The notes under the pieces are model-generated. The model had not been told where the DNA came from and made no database searches. It saw nothing but the letters and a program-made list of their open reading frames with translations. From positions 1-45,013 of the forward strand of contig CALKMO010000208.1 of assembly GCA_937991785.1 (NCBI GenBank): 45,013 bases of DNA, given 5' to 3'. The stretch is from an uncultured bacterium. GTDB taxonomy: Bacteria; Planctomycetota; SZUA-567; H5-PLA8; CALKMO01. The translations under genes were made by a program, and so were the position numbers. Every line of letters begins with the position of its first letter. The first letter of the stretch is position 1. Below, one piece after another: positions 19,139 to 27,801 of this stretch.

Positions 19139-20170
19139 TCAATAAACGGGCGTTTCCCCGTCGTCCTCGACGATCTTGCCTCCGAACGCCCGGTATATCC
19201 ATACCGTATAGCCTATCACGAAAGGCATGCCTATGGCGGCTATGACGAGCATCGCCGTCAATGTGCCCTGCGACGAGGACGCATTGAATATCGTAAGGTC
19301 CAAGTCCGGCCTGCCTCGGGCCGGGACCAGCCTGGGAAACAGCGCTATGGCAACCGACAATACCGATCCGCAAACCGCCGCAGCCGAGCACGCGAAAGCC
19401 GCCTCCCCGCTCCGCTTGGCGTTGTACCATCCGGTCATGAACGCCGCCGCAGCCGTCAAGACGGGCAGCGCCGCCGCCGGAAGAGACGAGAAACGCGCGG
19501 CCGCAACGGCGTCAGCCCTGGCCGTCGCTATCGCCGCCGCGCCGGCCGTTACCGCCCAGGCGCTCCAGGCCGCCGACGCCCACTTCCTTGCACGCTCGGA
19601 CATTTCGCCGCCCGTCTTCATGGCCAGGAATATGGCGCCGTGCCCGGCAAAACCGAGCAATGCCAGCAGGCCGAACAGCATCGAATACGGGGTCAGCATG
19701 TCGAGCGGCGAGACCGGAATGCCTTGGTTCGCGCCGAGCGGTATGCCTTCGAGCAAAGCGCCTCCTGTAATGCCCAGGAGGAGAATTGCCATCACGCTTC
19801 CTGCGGCAAACAGAACGTCCCATGCGCGACGCCAAGACGCTGATTCGAATTTGCCGCGAAATTCGACGGCGGCGGCCCTGCATATCAAGGCCATTATCAG
19901 AGCCATCACCGGAAGGTAAATCGCTCCGAAAAGCGTCGCGTAGGCTTCGGGGAACGCGGCGAATACCGCCCCGCCTCCGCCAAGCAGCCAGACCTCGTTC
20001 CCATCCCAGTACGGACCTATCGCGCGCAGTATCGTCCGGCGGGACTTCTCATCCCGCGCGAAAAGATGCCAAAAGCCGGCGCCGAGGTCGAAACCGTCGA
20101 GCGCGGCATAGGCCGCCAGGAACAGGGCTACGATGGCGAACCATGCGGTCTGGAGCAGCGCCAGCGTCAT
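19139..20170 (-). CDS. cydB: cytochrome bd ubiquinol oxidase subunit II
   Basis: 'MTLALLQTAWFAIVALFLAAYAALDGFDLGAG' and 'GPYWDGNEVWLL'. The start ATG at 20170 overlaps the cydA stop (ATGA). The longer track ORF (to 20662) is an overlap artefact. Confidence 0.9.
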   Translation of the reverse strand: MTLALLQTAWFAIVALFLAAYAALDGFDLGAGFWHLFARDEKSRRTILRAIGPYWDGNEVWLLGGGGAVFAAFPEAYATLFGAIYLPVMALIMALICRAAAVEFRGKFESASWRRAWDVLFAAGSVMAILLLGITGGALLEGIPLGANQGIPVSPLDMLTPYSMLFGLLALLGFAGHGAIFLAMKTGGEMSERARKWASAAWSAWAVTAGAAAIATARADAVAAARFSSLPAAALPVLTAAAAFMTGWYNAKRSGEAAFACSAAAVCGSVLSVAIALFPRLVPARGRPDLDLTIFNASSSQGTLTAMLVIAAIGMPFVIGYTVWIYRAFGGKIVEDDGETPVY

Positions 20171-21591
20171 TTGCCCGCCTCCACGGAGCCTTTCGTCCCG
20201 GCTTGCGCCGTTCCTTCCGACAATGCAGGTTCGGACTCTACGCCGCCGGGCGTTCTTTTCGTCCCCGAGCCTGAAACCTCGGGCCCCTTCCTTATTATAT
20301 CTCGCAGCGCCATCAGCCAGATCGCCAGGAGGATCGCATAGACGACAGCGAACGCGATCAGCGACGCCAGCACCTGCCAGGCCGGAAGCCCGCGCGTAGC
20401 GGAATCCGAGGTGCGCAGCACCCTGTATACCGCCCAAGGTTGCCTTCCGACCTCCGCCGTGATCCACCCCAGCTCGTTGGCGACGAACGGCAACGGAATC
20501 ATGCATACCAGCAGGCGCAAATACCGCCGGCCGAGGCCGGTTTGCGGATCCATCTTCCCCTTTCTCTGCAGGAACATGCCGGCGGCGGTCGCAACGATCA
20601 GCAACGCGCCTATCGCCACCATGCCGTGGAAGGACAGGAAGGTCAGCAACACCGGCGGCCATTCCTCGCGCGGGAAGGCGTCCAGACCCTTTACCTCAGC
20701 GTCGAGATCGCCGAATGCCATCAAACTCAGGAGGCCCGGTACCCGCACGGCCGCCCTTACAGTACGCGCCTCCTCGTCGGGGATCCCGAATACCAGCGCC
20801 GGAGCACGCGGCCCGCTTTCGAAAAGCCCCTCGACCGCGGCCAGCTTTTCCGGCTGCGTATGCGCGACCTGCACCGCGTGCCAGTGCCCCGTGCCAAGCT
20901 GGGCGAGCGAAAGGACCAGCGCCGCCGCCAAAGCGAAGCGGACGGTCCGTTCCGCGAATTCCCGGTGCGTCCCCTTAAGCATGTACCAGGATCCGACGCC
21001 GAGGACGAAGAACGCGGCGGTGGCCAGCGAGGCGGCAATCGTGTGGAAGAAACGCGGAAGCATCGAGGGGTTGAACAGGACAGAAGCGAAATCGGCCATC
21101 TCCAGCCGGTTCCCGGCGCGCAAAAAGCCGGCTGGAGTCTGCATCCACGAATTGGCCGCGAGTATCCAGAAGGCCGAGATCGTGGATCCTAAAGCGACCA
21201 GGAGCGAAGCAGTCCGTATCGTCTCGCGCGAAAGTTTCCCCCAGCCGAATATCATCACTGCGAGGAAGCCGGACTCCAGGAAGAACGCGAATACGACCTC
21301 CGCAGCCAACGGCGCCCCGAAGACATCTCCGACCTTCCTGGCATACTCGGCCCAGTTGGTTCCAAACTGGAACTCCAACGGTATCCCGCTGGCCACCCCT
21401 ACGGCGAAGCTCGCCGCGAATATCCTGATCCAGAACCGCGCCGCCGACCCGTCAGCCTCGTCGCCGGTCCTCGCATAACGCCGCATCAGCAAAAATATGT
21501 ACCATGCAAGGCCGATGGTCAGGGGCGGGAATATGAAATGGAAGCCGGCGGTAAAGGCGAACTGCAGGCGAGAAAGGAAAATCGTGTCCAT
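20167..21591 (-). CDS. cydA: cytochrome bd ubiquinol oxidase subunit I
   Basis: 'LSRLQFAFTAGFHFIFPPLTIGL', 'NSWMQTPAG' and 'GWITAEVGRQPW'. Confidence 0.9.
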   Translation of the reverse strand: MDTIFLSRLQFAFTAGFHFIFPPLTIGLAWYIFLLMRRYARTGDEADGSAARFWIRIFAASFAVGVASGIPLEFQFGTNWAEYARKVGDVFGAPLAAEVVFAFFLESGFLAVMIFGWGKLSRETIRTASLLVALGSTISAFWILAANSWMQTPAGFLRAGNRLEMADFASVLFNPSMLPRFFHTIAASLATAAFFVLGVGSWYMLKGTHREFAERTVRFALAAALVLSLAQLGTGHWHAVQVAHTQPEKLAAVEGLFESGPRAPALVFGIPDEEARTVRAAVRVPGLLSLMAFGDLDAEVKGLDAFPREEWPPVLLTFLSFHGMVAIGALLIVATAAGMFLQRKGKMDPQTGLGRRYLRLLVCMIPLPFVANELGWITAEVGRQPWAVYRVLRTSDSATRGLPAWQVLASLIAFAVVYAILLAIWLMALRDIIRKGPEVSGSGTKRTPGGVESEPALSEGTAQAGTKGSVEAGK

Positions 21592-21624
21592 CAGAAACAG
21601 CTCCCCTTGCCCAAGGCTGCGGGC

Positions 21625-22125
21625 TCAGGCGTATCTTTCGGCCATAAGCTCCATGCTCAGTATGGCTATATGTTTCATCTCCTCGGCTATTATCTCGTCA
21701 ACCTTTGAGGCGCCAAGATCGGGCGGCACGAGCGGTTTGAGGCCCAGGTAGAACACGATTGAATCCTTCTCGAGGCCGATGGCCATCCTGAGTATCCGCG
21801 TCAGGCTTTCTCGGCCGGTAAGCGTGGCGGAAGGGTCTTTCTTCACATCGAACACATGCCCGCCGGCGAACGCCTGGAGATACGCCTCCGCTTCTCCCTG
21901 GGGATCGTAAACCTCGCCGCCTCCCTTCTGCTTTTCCGACAGTCCCTTCCGCATGGCGGCGAAGATCTTTTCGTGGCCTTCCTCCATCTGCGCGAGGTTC
22001 AAGAATTTATCGGCCGCCTTTTTGAACTTGGCGTTTTCAGCGGCCTTCCTGTAGAAACGCGCCCCGTTCCGCTCGATCTGTTCGGCAATCGCCAGTATTT
22101 CGTCGGCGTTGAACCGCAGGCCCAT
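21625..22125 (-). CDS. ferritin-like / rubrerythrin-family diiron domain protein
   Basis: The start at 22125 (MGLRFNADE...) is preceded by an AGGAGGAAA RBS. Two ExxH motifs are present ('MEEGHEKIF' and 'AEEMKHIAIL'). Confidence 0.7.
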   Translation of the reverse strand: MGLRFNADEILAIAEQIERNGARFYRKAAENAKFKKAADKFLNLAQMEEGHEKIFAAMRKGLSEKQKGGGEVYDPQGEAEAYLQAFAGGHVFDVKKDPSATLTGRESLTRILRMAIGLEKDSIVFYLGLKPLVPPDLGASKVDEIIAEEMKHIAILSMELMAERYA

Positions 22126-22425
22126 ATGTTTCCTCCTTTTCACGCAAATCCCGGCACAAAGCCGCGAATATGCGCGGCTTGGCGTCGCACCGTTATACCA
22201 GAGCGGCCCTACGCTACCGAACGATCCCGGGATTTCGCGCTCCCAACGGTTCCGCCTCCGGAAGATGGTACCGGCTGCAAACTCCGTCAACTCGAAATTT
22301 CGCCCGCAGCGAACCAAGCGGGGACGATGCCCCCCGCTGGGACGACGGCCGCGGACCGCATGCTGCGCCAACCCCCGAGGCGTTCAGAGCGAATTTCCGC
22401 CACTGTCCCGCCGGCTCGGCAGCCC

Positions 22426-22920
22426 CTATTTTTCTCCGCGCTTGCCGAGTTCCTTGTCGAGCATGAGCAGACCGCCCTTGGATTCGCCAAGCATTCCGAA
22501 GCGATCCACTATCTTCGCCGCGGTCGCTTCCTCCTCGACCTGCTCGTCCACGAACCACCTCAGCATGTTCGCCGCGGCGTGGTCCTTGAGTTCGGCGGCA
22601 AGGTCCGCAAGCTTGTGGATCATGGCCGTAACCTTTTTCTCGTGCTCCAACACTGCCTCGAAGACCGCCCCCGGCGACTTCCAATCGGCCGGCGGAGCAG
22701 CGATCTCTTTCAGGACTACGCGGCCGCCGCGATCCAGGACATGCTTGTAGAATCGCATCGCATGCCCGCGCTCCTCATCGGCCTGGATGCTCATCCACCT
22801 CGCCATCCCGTCGAGCGATTTCGACTCGAAGTGCGCAGCCATCGCAAGGTACAGGTAGGACGAGTACAGCTCGGCGTTTATCTGTTCGTTCAGCGCCCCT
22901 TCCATCTTCTTCGAAATCAT
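22426..22920 (-). CDS. ftnA: ferritin (non-heme iron storage)
   Basis: 'LNEQINAELYSSYLYLAMAAHF' and 'EERGHAMRFYKHV'. The ATG at 22920 has an AAAGGAGGGG RBS upstream. Confidence 0.9.
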   Translation of the reverse strand: MISKKMEGALNEQINAELYSSYLYLAMAAHFESKSLDGMARWMSIQADEERGHAMRFYKHVLDRGGRVVLKEIAAPPADWKSPGAVFEAVLEHEKKVTAMIHKLADLAAELKDHAAANMLRWFVDEQVEEEATAAKIVDRFGMLGESKGGLLMLDKELGKRGEK

Positions 22921-23174
22921 CTTGGCCCCTCCTTTCATCCCTTGGTTCGCCTCTGTTCTCCTTCGCGGTCTCCGGCGCCTCGAAATATCCGAAAAGCTTT
23001 CTCGGCCCCGGCATGGAACCAAAGGGATCCGAGAAAACCTTTCCCTCCCGGCATCATCTCCGGGTTCGGTTGCGGGCGGGAACGGATCGCTCCCGCCCTC
23101 AAGCCGCCGAAACCGCCCCTGGCATCACTGCCGCAGCGGAGCTGCACTGCCGCCGCAGCGGGCCCTCTTCTCGG

Positions 23175-23549
23175 CTACGCCTTCCATAATCCGTGAAGGT
23201 TGCAGTACTCGCGTGCAGATATCTTATCCGCCTTTACCTTGAACTCGGCCTCCGGCTTATCTCCCGGTTTCAGGAACTTCCTGTAGGCTTCCCCGTCGGC
23301 GATCGCCTGTATCCACTCGATGTAGTGCTTAGCCTCCATCGGATGCGCCACGCCGCCGACCTTCACCGCAAACCCGTCAGGCCTCTTCTCGATGACCGGA
23401 ACGTGTTTCTCCTTAGAAGCGTCTACGGTGTTCTCGACGAGCTGCTTCATCGGCTGATTGCAGCAGACCAAAGTCCCGGCCCCCTCGTGGAGGACCTCCA
23501 CGATATGCCCGCAAACCTCGCACTTGAACACGGCAAGTCTCTGCGCCAT
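23175..23549 (-). CDS. dfx: desulfoferrodoxin (2Fe superoxide reductase)
   Basis: N-terminal desulforedoxin CxxC...CC motif '[27 protein letters not shown]'. SOR centre 'KHVPVIE', '[12 protein letters not shown]' and 'EYCNLHGLW'. Confidence 0.9.
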   Translation of the reverse strand: MAQRLAVFKCEVCGHIVEVLHEGAGTLVCCNQPMKQLVENTVDASKEKHVPVIEKRPDGFAVKVGGVAHPMEAKHYIEWIQAIADGEAYRKFLKPGDKPEAEFKVKADKISAREYCNLHGLWKA

Positions 23550-23688
23550 TTTTCATCTCCTCCTTTCCTTGTTGCCGTTAGACCGGTTGCCCTTTCCTCG
23601 TGCGGCGACCGGGCTACAAGCAGGTCATTCCCTATAGGAAGCCGCCACCTACTACCGGCAGCCGCCCGATCCAAAAACATCTTTGACT

Positions 23689-24234
23689 TCAACGCGCGGC
23701 TTTCAGAGCCTCCCTGGCCGCCGCCAAGGCGGCTTCGTAATCGGGCTCTGACGCCGTTTCCTTCACTATCTGCGCGTGGCGTACTATCCCATCGCGGCCT
23801 ACGACGAAGACCGCCCGGGCCAGAAGCCTCAGTTCCTCGATCAGGACGCCGTAAGCCATCCCGAACTCCGCTTTCCGGTGGTCCGACAGCGCCTTGACGT
23901 TCGATGCGCCGGCTGACGCGCACCATCTCTTCTGGGCGAACGGCAGGTCCATGCTGAGCACCAGCACGGCGACATCGCTGCCGAGCTTGCCGGCCGCCTC
24001 GTTGAATTTCTTGGTCTCGATGTCGCAGACGGGGGTATCGAGCGAAGGCACCGAGGCGATGATCGCGACTTTGCCCCGAAAATCCGACAGGCGGACCGGC
24101 TTCATGTCCTCGCCCACGGCCTCGAAGTCCGGGGCTTTATCGCCGACCTTCACTTCGTTCCCCAGAAGCGCCACCGGGTTCCCTTTCAGCGTTACCAACC
24201 CGGCTCGCCTTTTTTCAGCCTCCTTTCCGATCAT
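23689..24234 (-). CDS. tpx: thiol peroxidase (atypical 2-Cys peroxiredoxin)
   Basis: 'GDKAPDFEAV', 'SVPSLDTPVCDIETKKF' and 'SMDLPFAQKRWC'. The ATG at 24234 has an AAGGAGGGG RBS. The same frame stays open upstream to 24534 (see finding). Confidence 0.8.
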   Translation of the reverse strand: MIGKEAEKRRAGLVTLKGNPVALLGNEVKVGDKAPDFEAVGEDMKPVRLSDFRGKVAIIASVPSLDTPVCDIETKKFNEAAGKLGSDVAVLVLSMDLPFAQKRWCASAGASNVKALSDHRKAEFGMAYGVLIEELRLLARAVFVVGRDGIVRHAQIVKETASEPDYEAALAAAREALKAAR

Positions 24235-24558
24235 CTGCTTCCCCTCCTTATATTCGGATTCCGGCCTTGAGACTTTTTCCGTTCCTGCAGGTGAACTCTC
24301 CCCAATGCAAGGACCGGGATACATCGGGCAGTTACATCCCGAACAGGGACAGGAGCAGCCCGAGAGATATGCCGCGAACGCCGCCGCAGTCACCCTTGGC
24401 AATCTCCGCTTCCCGGCTCCGGATCCCTCGATTTGAGGCCCCTTTCGATCAACGCATTTCGATTGCCCGGCTGTTTTCCCGGTGCCGGCTGCTTCTTTTT
24501 CTTCGATGGGAATATCTTTCGCCATTATCGCCAAATCCTTCCCGATCGAACGGCCCGC

Positions 24559-25341
24559 CTATTTTTTGTCTGTCTTAGTTATTTCCTTTCCGGCATCAGC
24601 CCAACCCTGGATGCCCTCGTGGTATTCCGTAACGTTGGTATAGCCGAAACTTCTGAGACGCTCCGCCAGCTTCGCGCTCGCCGGGCACTTCGGTCCGCTG
24701 CAGTATGTTACGACAAGCGAATCCTTTGCCGGGATCGCCTTCGCCGCATCTTCGGCCGATGCGTCGGGCGCGAGGCTCCTGGCTCCCGGTATCCGTCTGC
24801 CGTCATCCCACCTGCCGGTGCGGGCGTCCAGTATCACTATCGGTTTGCCTGAGGCTATGAGTGCCGCCAGCTCGTTCGTGTTTATGTATTTAAAACCTGT
24901 GACGGCAACACATTTCCCGCCGCCGCCCTTTCCGCACTGCCCATCATCGTTCGCGCTGCAACACGCACATTTGCATGAAGGCAGGCATTCGGGCCTTTCC
25001 TCGGCCTCGATGATCTTCCTTATTGCCGTCGCCGGATCCGCTTTCACCTTTTCGATGCAACCCTTGCAGCAGACATATATCCTGCAACAACCTGCGTCAA
25101 CGTAAAGATCCTTGTTTACGCTCTCGCCCATTATCGGGCATTTCGTTTGAGGCTTCATGTCCCTCCACTTGGCCGGATCGCACATCCCGCAGACCGCTTT
25201 ATCGTCTCCCAAGCCTCCGCATGGGGCGCAACCGTCGTTTCTATCGGAAGCGCATTCGGCGATAACAACGGCCGGTACAAGCAGAGCGGCCAGCAATCCC
25301 GATGTTAGGATCTGCCCTATATTCATCGCTACGTTCTTCAT
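24559..25341 (-). CDS. secreted Cys-rich TRASH/YHS-like domain + rhodanese domain protein
   Basis: The start at 25341 (MKNVAMNIG...) is preceded by GGGAGGTGGGAG. It has a signal-like 'LLAALLVPAVVIAEC' and a TRASH/YHS-like 'KCPIMGESVNKDLYVDAGCCRIYVCCKGCIEKVKADP'. The C-terminal rhodanese shows 'IVILDAR', 'RIPGA' and the active-site loop 'TYCSGPKCPAS'. Confidence 0.7.
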   Translation of the reverse strand: MKNVAMNIGQILTSGLLAALLVPAVVIAECASDRNDGCAPCGGLGDDKAVCGMCDPAKWRDMKPQTKCPIMGESVNKDLYVDAGCCRIYVCCKGCIEKVKADPATAIRKIIEAEERPECLPSCKCACCSANDDGQCGKGGGGKCVAVTGFKYINTNELAALIASGKPIVILDARTGRWDDGRRIPGARSLAPDASAEDAAKAIPAKDSLVVTYCSGPKCPASAKLAERLRSFGYTNVTEYHEGIQGWADAGKEITKTDKK

Positions 25342-25632
25342 CTCCCACCTCCCCCGGCGCTCCGGCGCAACCGCATATTCCGTATTGCACCGCGCCCGGT
25401 TTTCTGCGAACCGCCGCAAGCGGCGCTCTTCGCCCGAAGCCAAAATCCACACGCCTTCGAACGGCATCTCAGGATCGTACGTCGCCGACGAGGGAGGCTC
25501 CGCGAGGTACTGGATGTTTGAAGCGCAGGTTCCTTCTTTGTCCCTCGCATGTTTGCCTCCCCCGTACGGCACCTCCGCTCGCGGCAACGCCGGACTAGAG
25601 CCGGAGCAGGCCGCCGCGACGCCCGCTTACGG

Positions 25633-26205
25633 CTACCAGTTCTCGGCCAGAACCTCGAAGAACGCCTTCGGATGCGCGCACGCCGGACACTTATCGGGCG
25701 CCTCTTTGCCCTCATGGAGATATCCGCAGTTCATGCATCGCCAGACCACCGGTTTGCCTTTTTTGAATACCGTGTTCGAATTGACGTTAGCCAGCAAACC
25801 CATATACCTTTTCTCATGCTGCTTCTCGGCGACGGCTATTGCGCGGAAGACTTCGGCTATATCCTTGAATCCCTCCTCTTCCGCCGCCTTTGCGAAAGAC
25901 GGATACATCTCCGTCCACTCGTAACGCTCCCCGCCCGCCGCAGCCTTCAGATTATCGGCCGTACAACCTATCGTTCCTGCGGGGAACTTGGCCGTTATCT
26001 CTACCTCGCCACCCTTCAGGAATTGGAACAGCCGCTTGGCGTGCTCCTTTTCCTGGTCGGCCGTCTCCTCGAATATCGCGGCTATCTGCGCGAAACCCTC
26101 CTTCTTCGCCGCGCTCGCGAAGTACGTATAGCGGTTCCTCGCCTGCGATTCACCGGCGAACGCCGTCAGCAGATTCTTCTCGGTGCGCGAGCCTTTCAGT
26201 CCCAT
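25633..26205 (-). CDS. rbr: rubrerythrin
   Basis: '[19 protein letters not shown]', '[11 protein letters not shown]' and 'AEKQHEKRY'. The C-terminal rubredoxin motif is 'WRCMNCGY...KCPACAHP'. Confidence 0.9.
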   Translation of the reverse strand: MGLKGSRTEKNLLTAFAGESQARNRYTYFASAAKKEGFAQIAAIFEETADQEKEHAKRLFQFLKGGEVEITAKFPAGTIGCTADNLKAAAGGERYEWTEMYPSFAKAAEEEGFKDIAEVFRAIAVAEKQHEKRYMGLLANVNSNTVFKKGKPVVWRCMNCGYLHEGKEAPDKCPACAHPKAFFEVLAENW

Positions 26206-26424
26206 CGTGCATCTTCCTCCTTTCCTTCGGGGGATATGGTCTATCGTCCATTAGTCCCCCCGTTCCCATTCCCTTCTCCGTCCAACGCCAGCCCCGACTT
26301 TCGTCCTTTTTTTGCTTTCCTCCCTGGGCACTCAAGATCCCGTCCCTTCGCGTCTGTCCTCCGCTCTACGTTCGCAAGCCTCGTCGGGAACCCGTACGGC
26401 CCCGCGATCAAAGAGCGGTTGCGC

Positions 26425-27801
26425 TCATGTCGGTTCCGCCTCGAATCCAGCCCTGCGCACTGCGGCGACAATCGCCGCGATTTCTATCCGCACGCCCCGA
26501 ACCCTCGCCATGCCCTTGCCGATATCCACGCCGACCGATTCGACGCCTGGACAAGCCGCCAGGGCGTTGCGGACGGACTCGGCGCAATGCCCGCAAGTCA
26601 TTCCCCATATTTTCAGCTCGATCGTTCGGGCCGCTCCGCCGCTATCCTCCGGCGAGGCGCTGGCTGCGATGGATGGCAGCATCATCGCGAGCCCGCCACC
26701 GTCTCCAACCGCTCCTCCGGCCGAAAACTTTCGCAGTATGGCGCCCGGCATCGCGGCGGCGAGCAGAATCGCAAACAGGACGGCAGCCGATACATGGTTG
26801 ACCCAAGATGGAAGGACTTCCGCCGGGCAGCAGATATCGGCGACCGCGGCGGCGCCGCCGGAAAGGATAGCGTCCATAAACGCTCCTGAAGCCAGGGCTA
26901 CGGCCGCTAGAACCGCCAGGTAGACCGCGGCGCCGCGCCTGCCGAGGAGCCTTAGCGCCGCCGAGATGGTAGCCGCGTTCGTGGCTGGCCCTGCGATAAG
27001 GAACACGAGCGCCGCGCCAGGAGAGACTCCCTTGGCCACGAGCGCCGCCGCGACGGGAATCGCGCCTGTAGCGCATACGTACATGGGGATGGCCAGCAAC
27101 ATAACCGCCAACATCCCTGCGAGCCCGCCGCCGGCGAAGGCTGCGAAAAGATTGTCGGGCACCAGCGCCGATATGACTCCAGCCGCCGCAAGCCCGACCA
27201 GGAGAGGCAGCGCCATGTCCCGGGGAATCGTAACGAAACCGTACTTTAGCGCGCGGATGAAACGGCCGCCTCCGCCTCCGGCATTAGAGGAACAACATGC
27301 GGCCGGCGTCGAACATCCCGTCCGGCCCCCAGCGCCGGCGTCCGGTTCGCCGGTTCCGATCCCGCCGTACGGCTCGCCGCTCCTACTCTTATCCGCCGCA
27401 GCTACGGCAGCCCCGCACAAAAGACCGCTTGCGAGAGCGACCAGAGGACGAACGATCGCGAAAACCGGCCCCATCATGCCGTAAGTAGCAAGTATGCTGT
27501 CGGCGCCGGTCTGAGGAGTCGAGGCGAGGAAGGCGGCTACGGCGCCCTTTCCGGCACCCTGTCTGCGCAAACCGGCCGCCACCGGGATTACGCCGCACGA
27601 ACACAGAGGCAGCGGGATGCCGAAAAGCGTCGCCTTGAGTATCGCCATCGGCCCGCGGCCGCCCAAGTGCCTGCCGACCCAAGCCGGCGGGATCAGCACA
27701 GAAAGAAGCCCGGCAGCAAAAAAGCCCAACAAAAGGTAAGGAGCCATCCGGCCCGTCATGAGCCAAGCGGACGACAATATATCCAGGAGGGTTTCGATCA
27801 T
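26425..27801 (-). CDS. DUF318/SO_0444-type metal (Cu/Zn-like) efflux permease with a C-terminal HMA metal-binding domain
   Basis: Two permease half-repeats each carry a Cys motif ('PLPLCSCGVIPVAAGL' and 'PMYVCATGAIPVAAAL'). The C-terminal HMA domain reads 'WGMTCGHCAESVRNAL'. Confidence 0.8.
   Translation of the reverse strand: MIETLLDILSSAWLMTGRMAPYLLLGFFAAGLLSVLIPPAWVGRHLGGRGPMAILKATLFGIPLPLCSCGVIPVAAGLRRQGAGKGAVAAFLASTPQTGADSILATYGMMGPVFAIVRPLVALASGLLCGAAVAAADKSRSGEPYGGIGTGEPDAGAGGRTGCSTPAACCSSNAGGGGGRFIRALKYGFVTIPRDMALPLLVGLAAAGVISALVPDNLFAAFAGGGLAGMLAVMLLAIPMYVCATGAIPVAAALVAKGVSPGAALVFLIAGPATNAATISAALRLLGRRGAAVYLAVLAAVALASGAFMDAILSGGAAAVADICCPAEVLPSWVNHVSAAVLFAILLAAAMPGAILRKFSAGGAVGDGGGLAMMLPSIAASASPEDSGGAARTIELKIWGMTCGHCAESVRNALAACPGVESVGVDIGKGMARVRGVRIEIAAIVAAVRRAGFEAEPT

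Noticed and set aside
19139-20662. 507-aa version of the cydB ORF, and likewise the long versions of the ferritin-like, ferritin, tpx, rhodanese and perR ORFs.
   Set aside because: The homologous protein begins at an internal Met. For cydB this is the ATGA overlap with cydA at 20167-20170. For the others a strong RBS precedes the internal start. The upstream extensions overlap neighbouring genes or regulatory DNA.
21856-23196. 446-aa plus-strand ORF. Similar long antisense ORFs lie at 25549..26889, 29743..30990, 35317..37116, 42899..44185 and 13644..14615.
   Set aside because: All lie opposite strongly supported genes (ferritins, rbr/permease, the 846-aa protein, the kinase, hypE/hypD, rluD). 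All have Arg/Pro/Ala-rich junk-like composition and no recognisable motifs.
25561-25570. The 10-mer CCCGTACGGC is shared by the rhodanese leader (25561-25570) and the rbr leader (26391-26400).
   Set aside because: Many identical GC-rich 10-mers are expected by chance in 45 kb of ~64% GC DNA. Neither copy has an obvious positional relation to a promoter.
26288-26306. The minus strand reads GGACGAAAGTCGGGGCTGG, similar to the RNase P RNA P4 consensus GAGGAAAGTCCGGGCT.
   Set aside because: It sits in a 219-nt spacer, too short for an RNase P RNA. The other conserved RNase P blocks (for example ACAGAACCCGGCTTA) are absent nearby. It is probably a chance match within the rbr leader.
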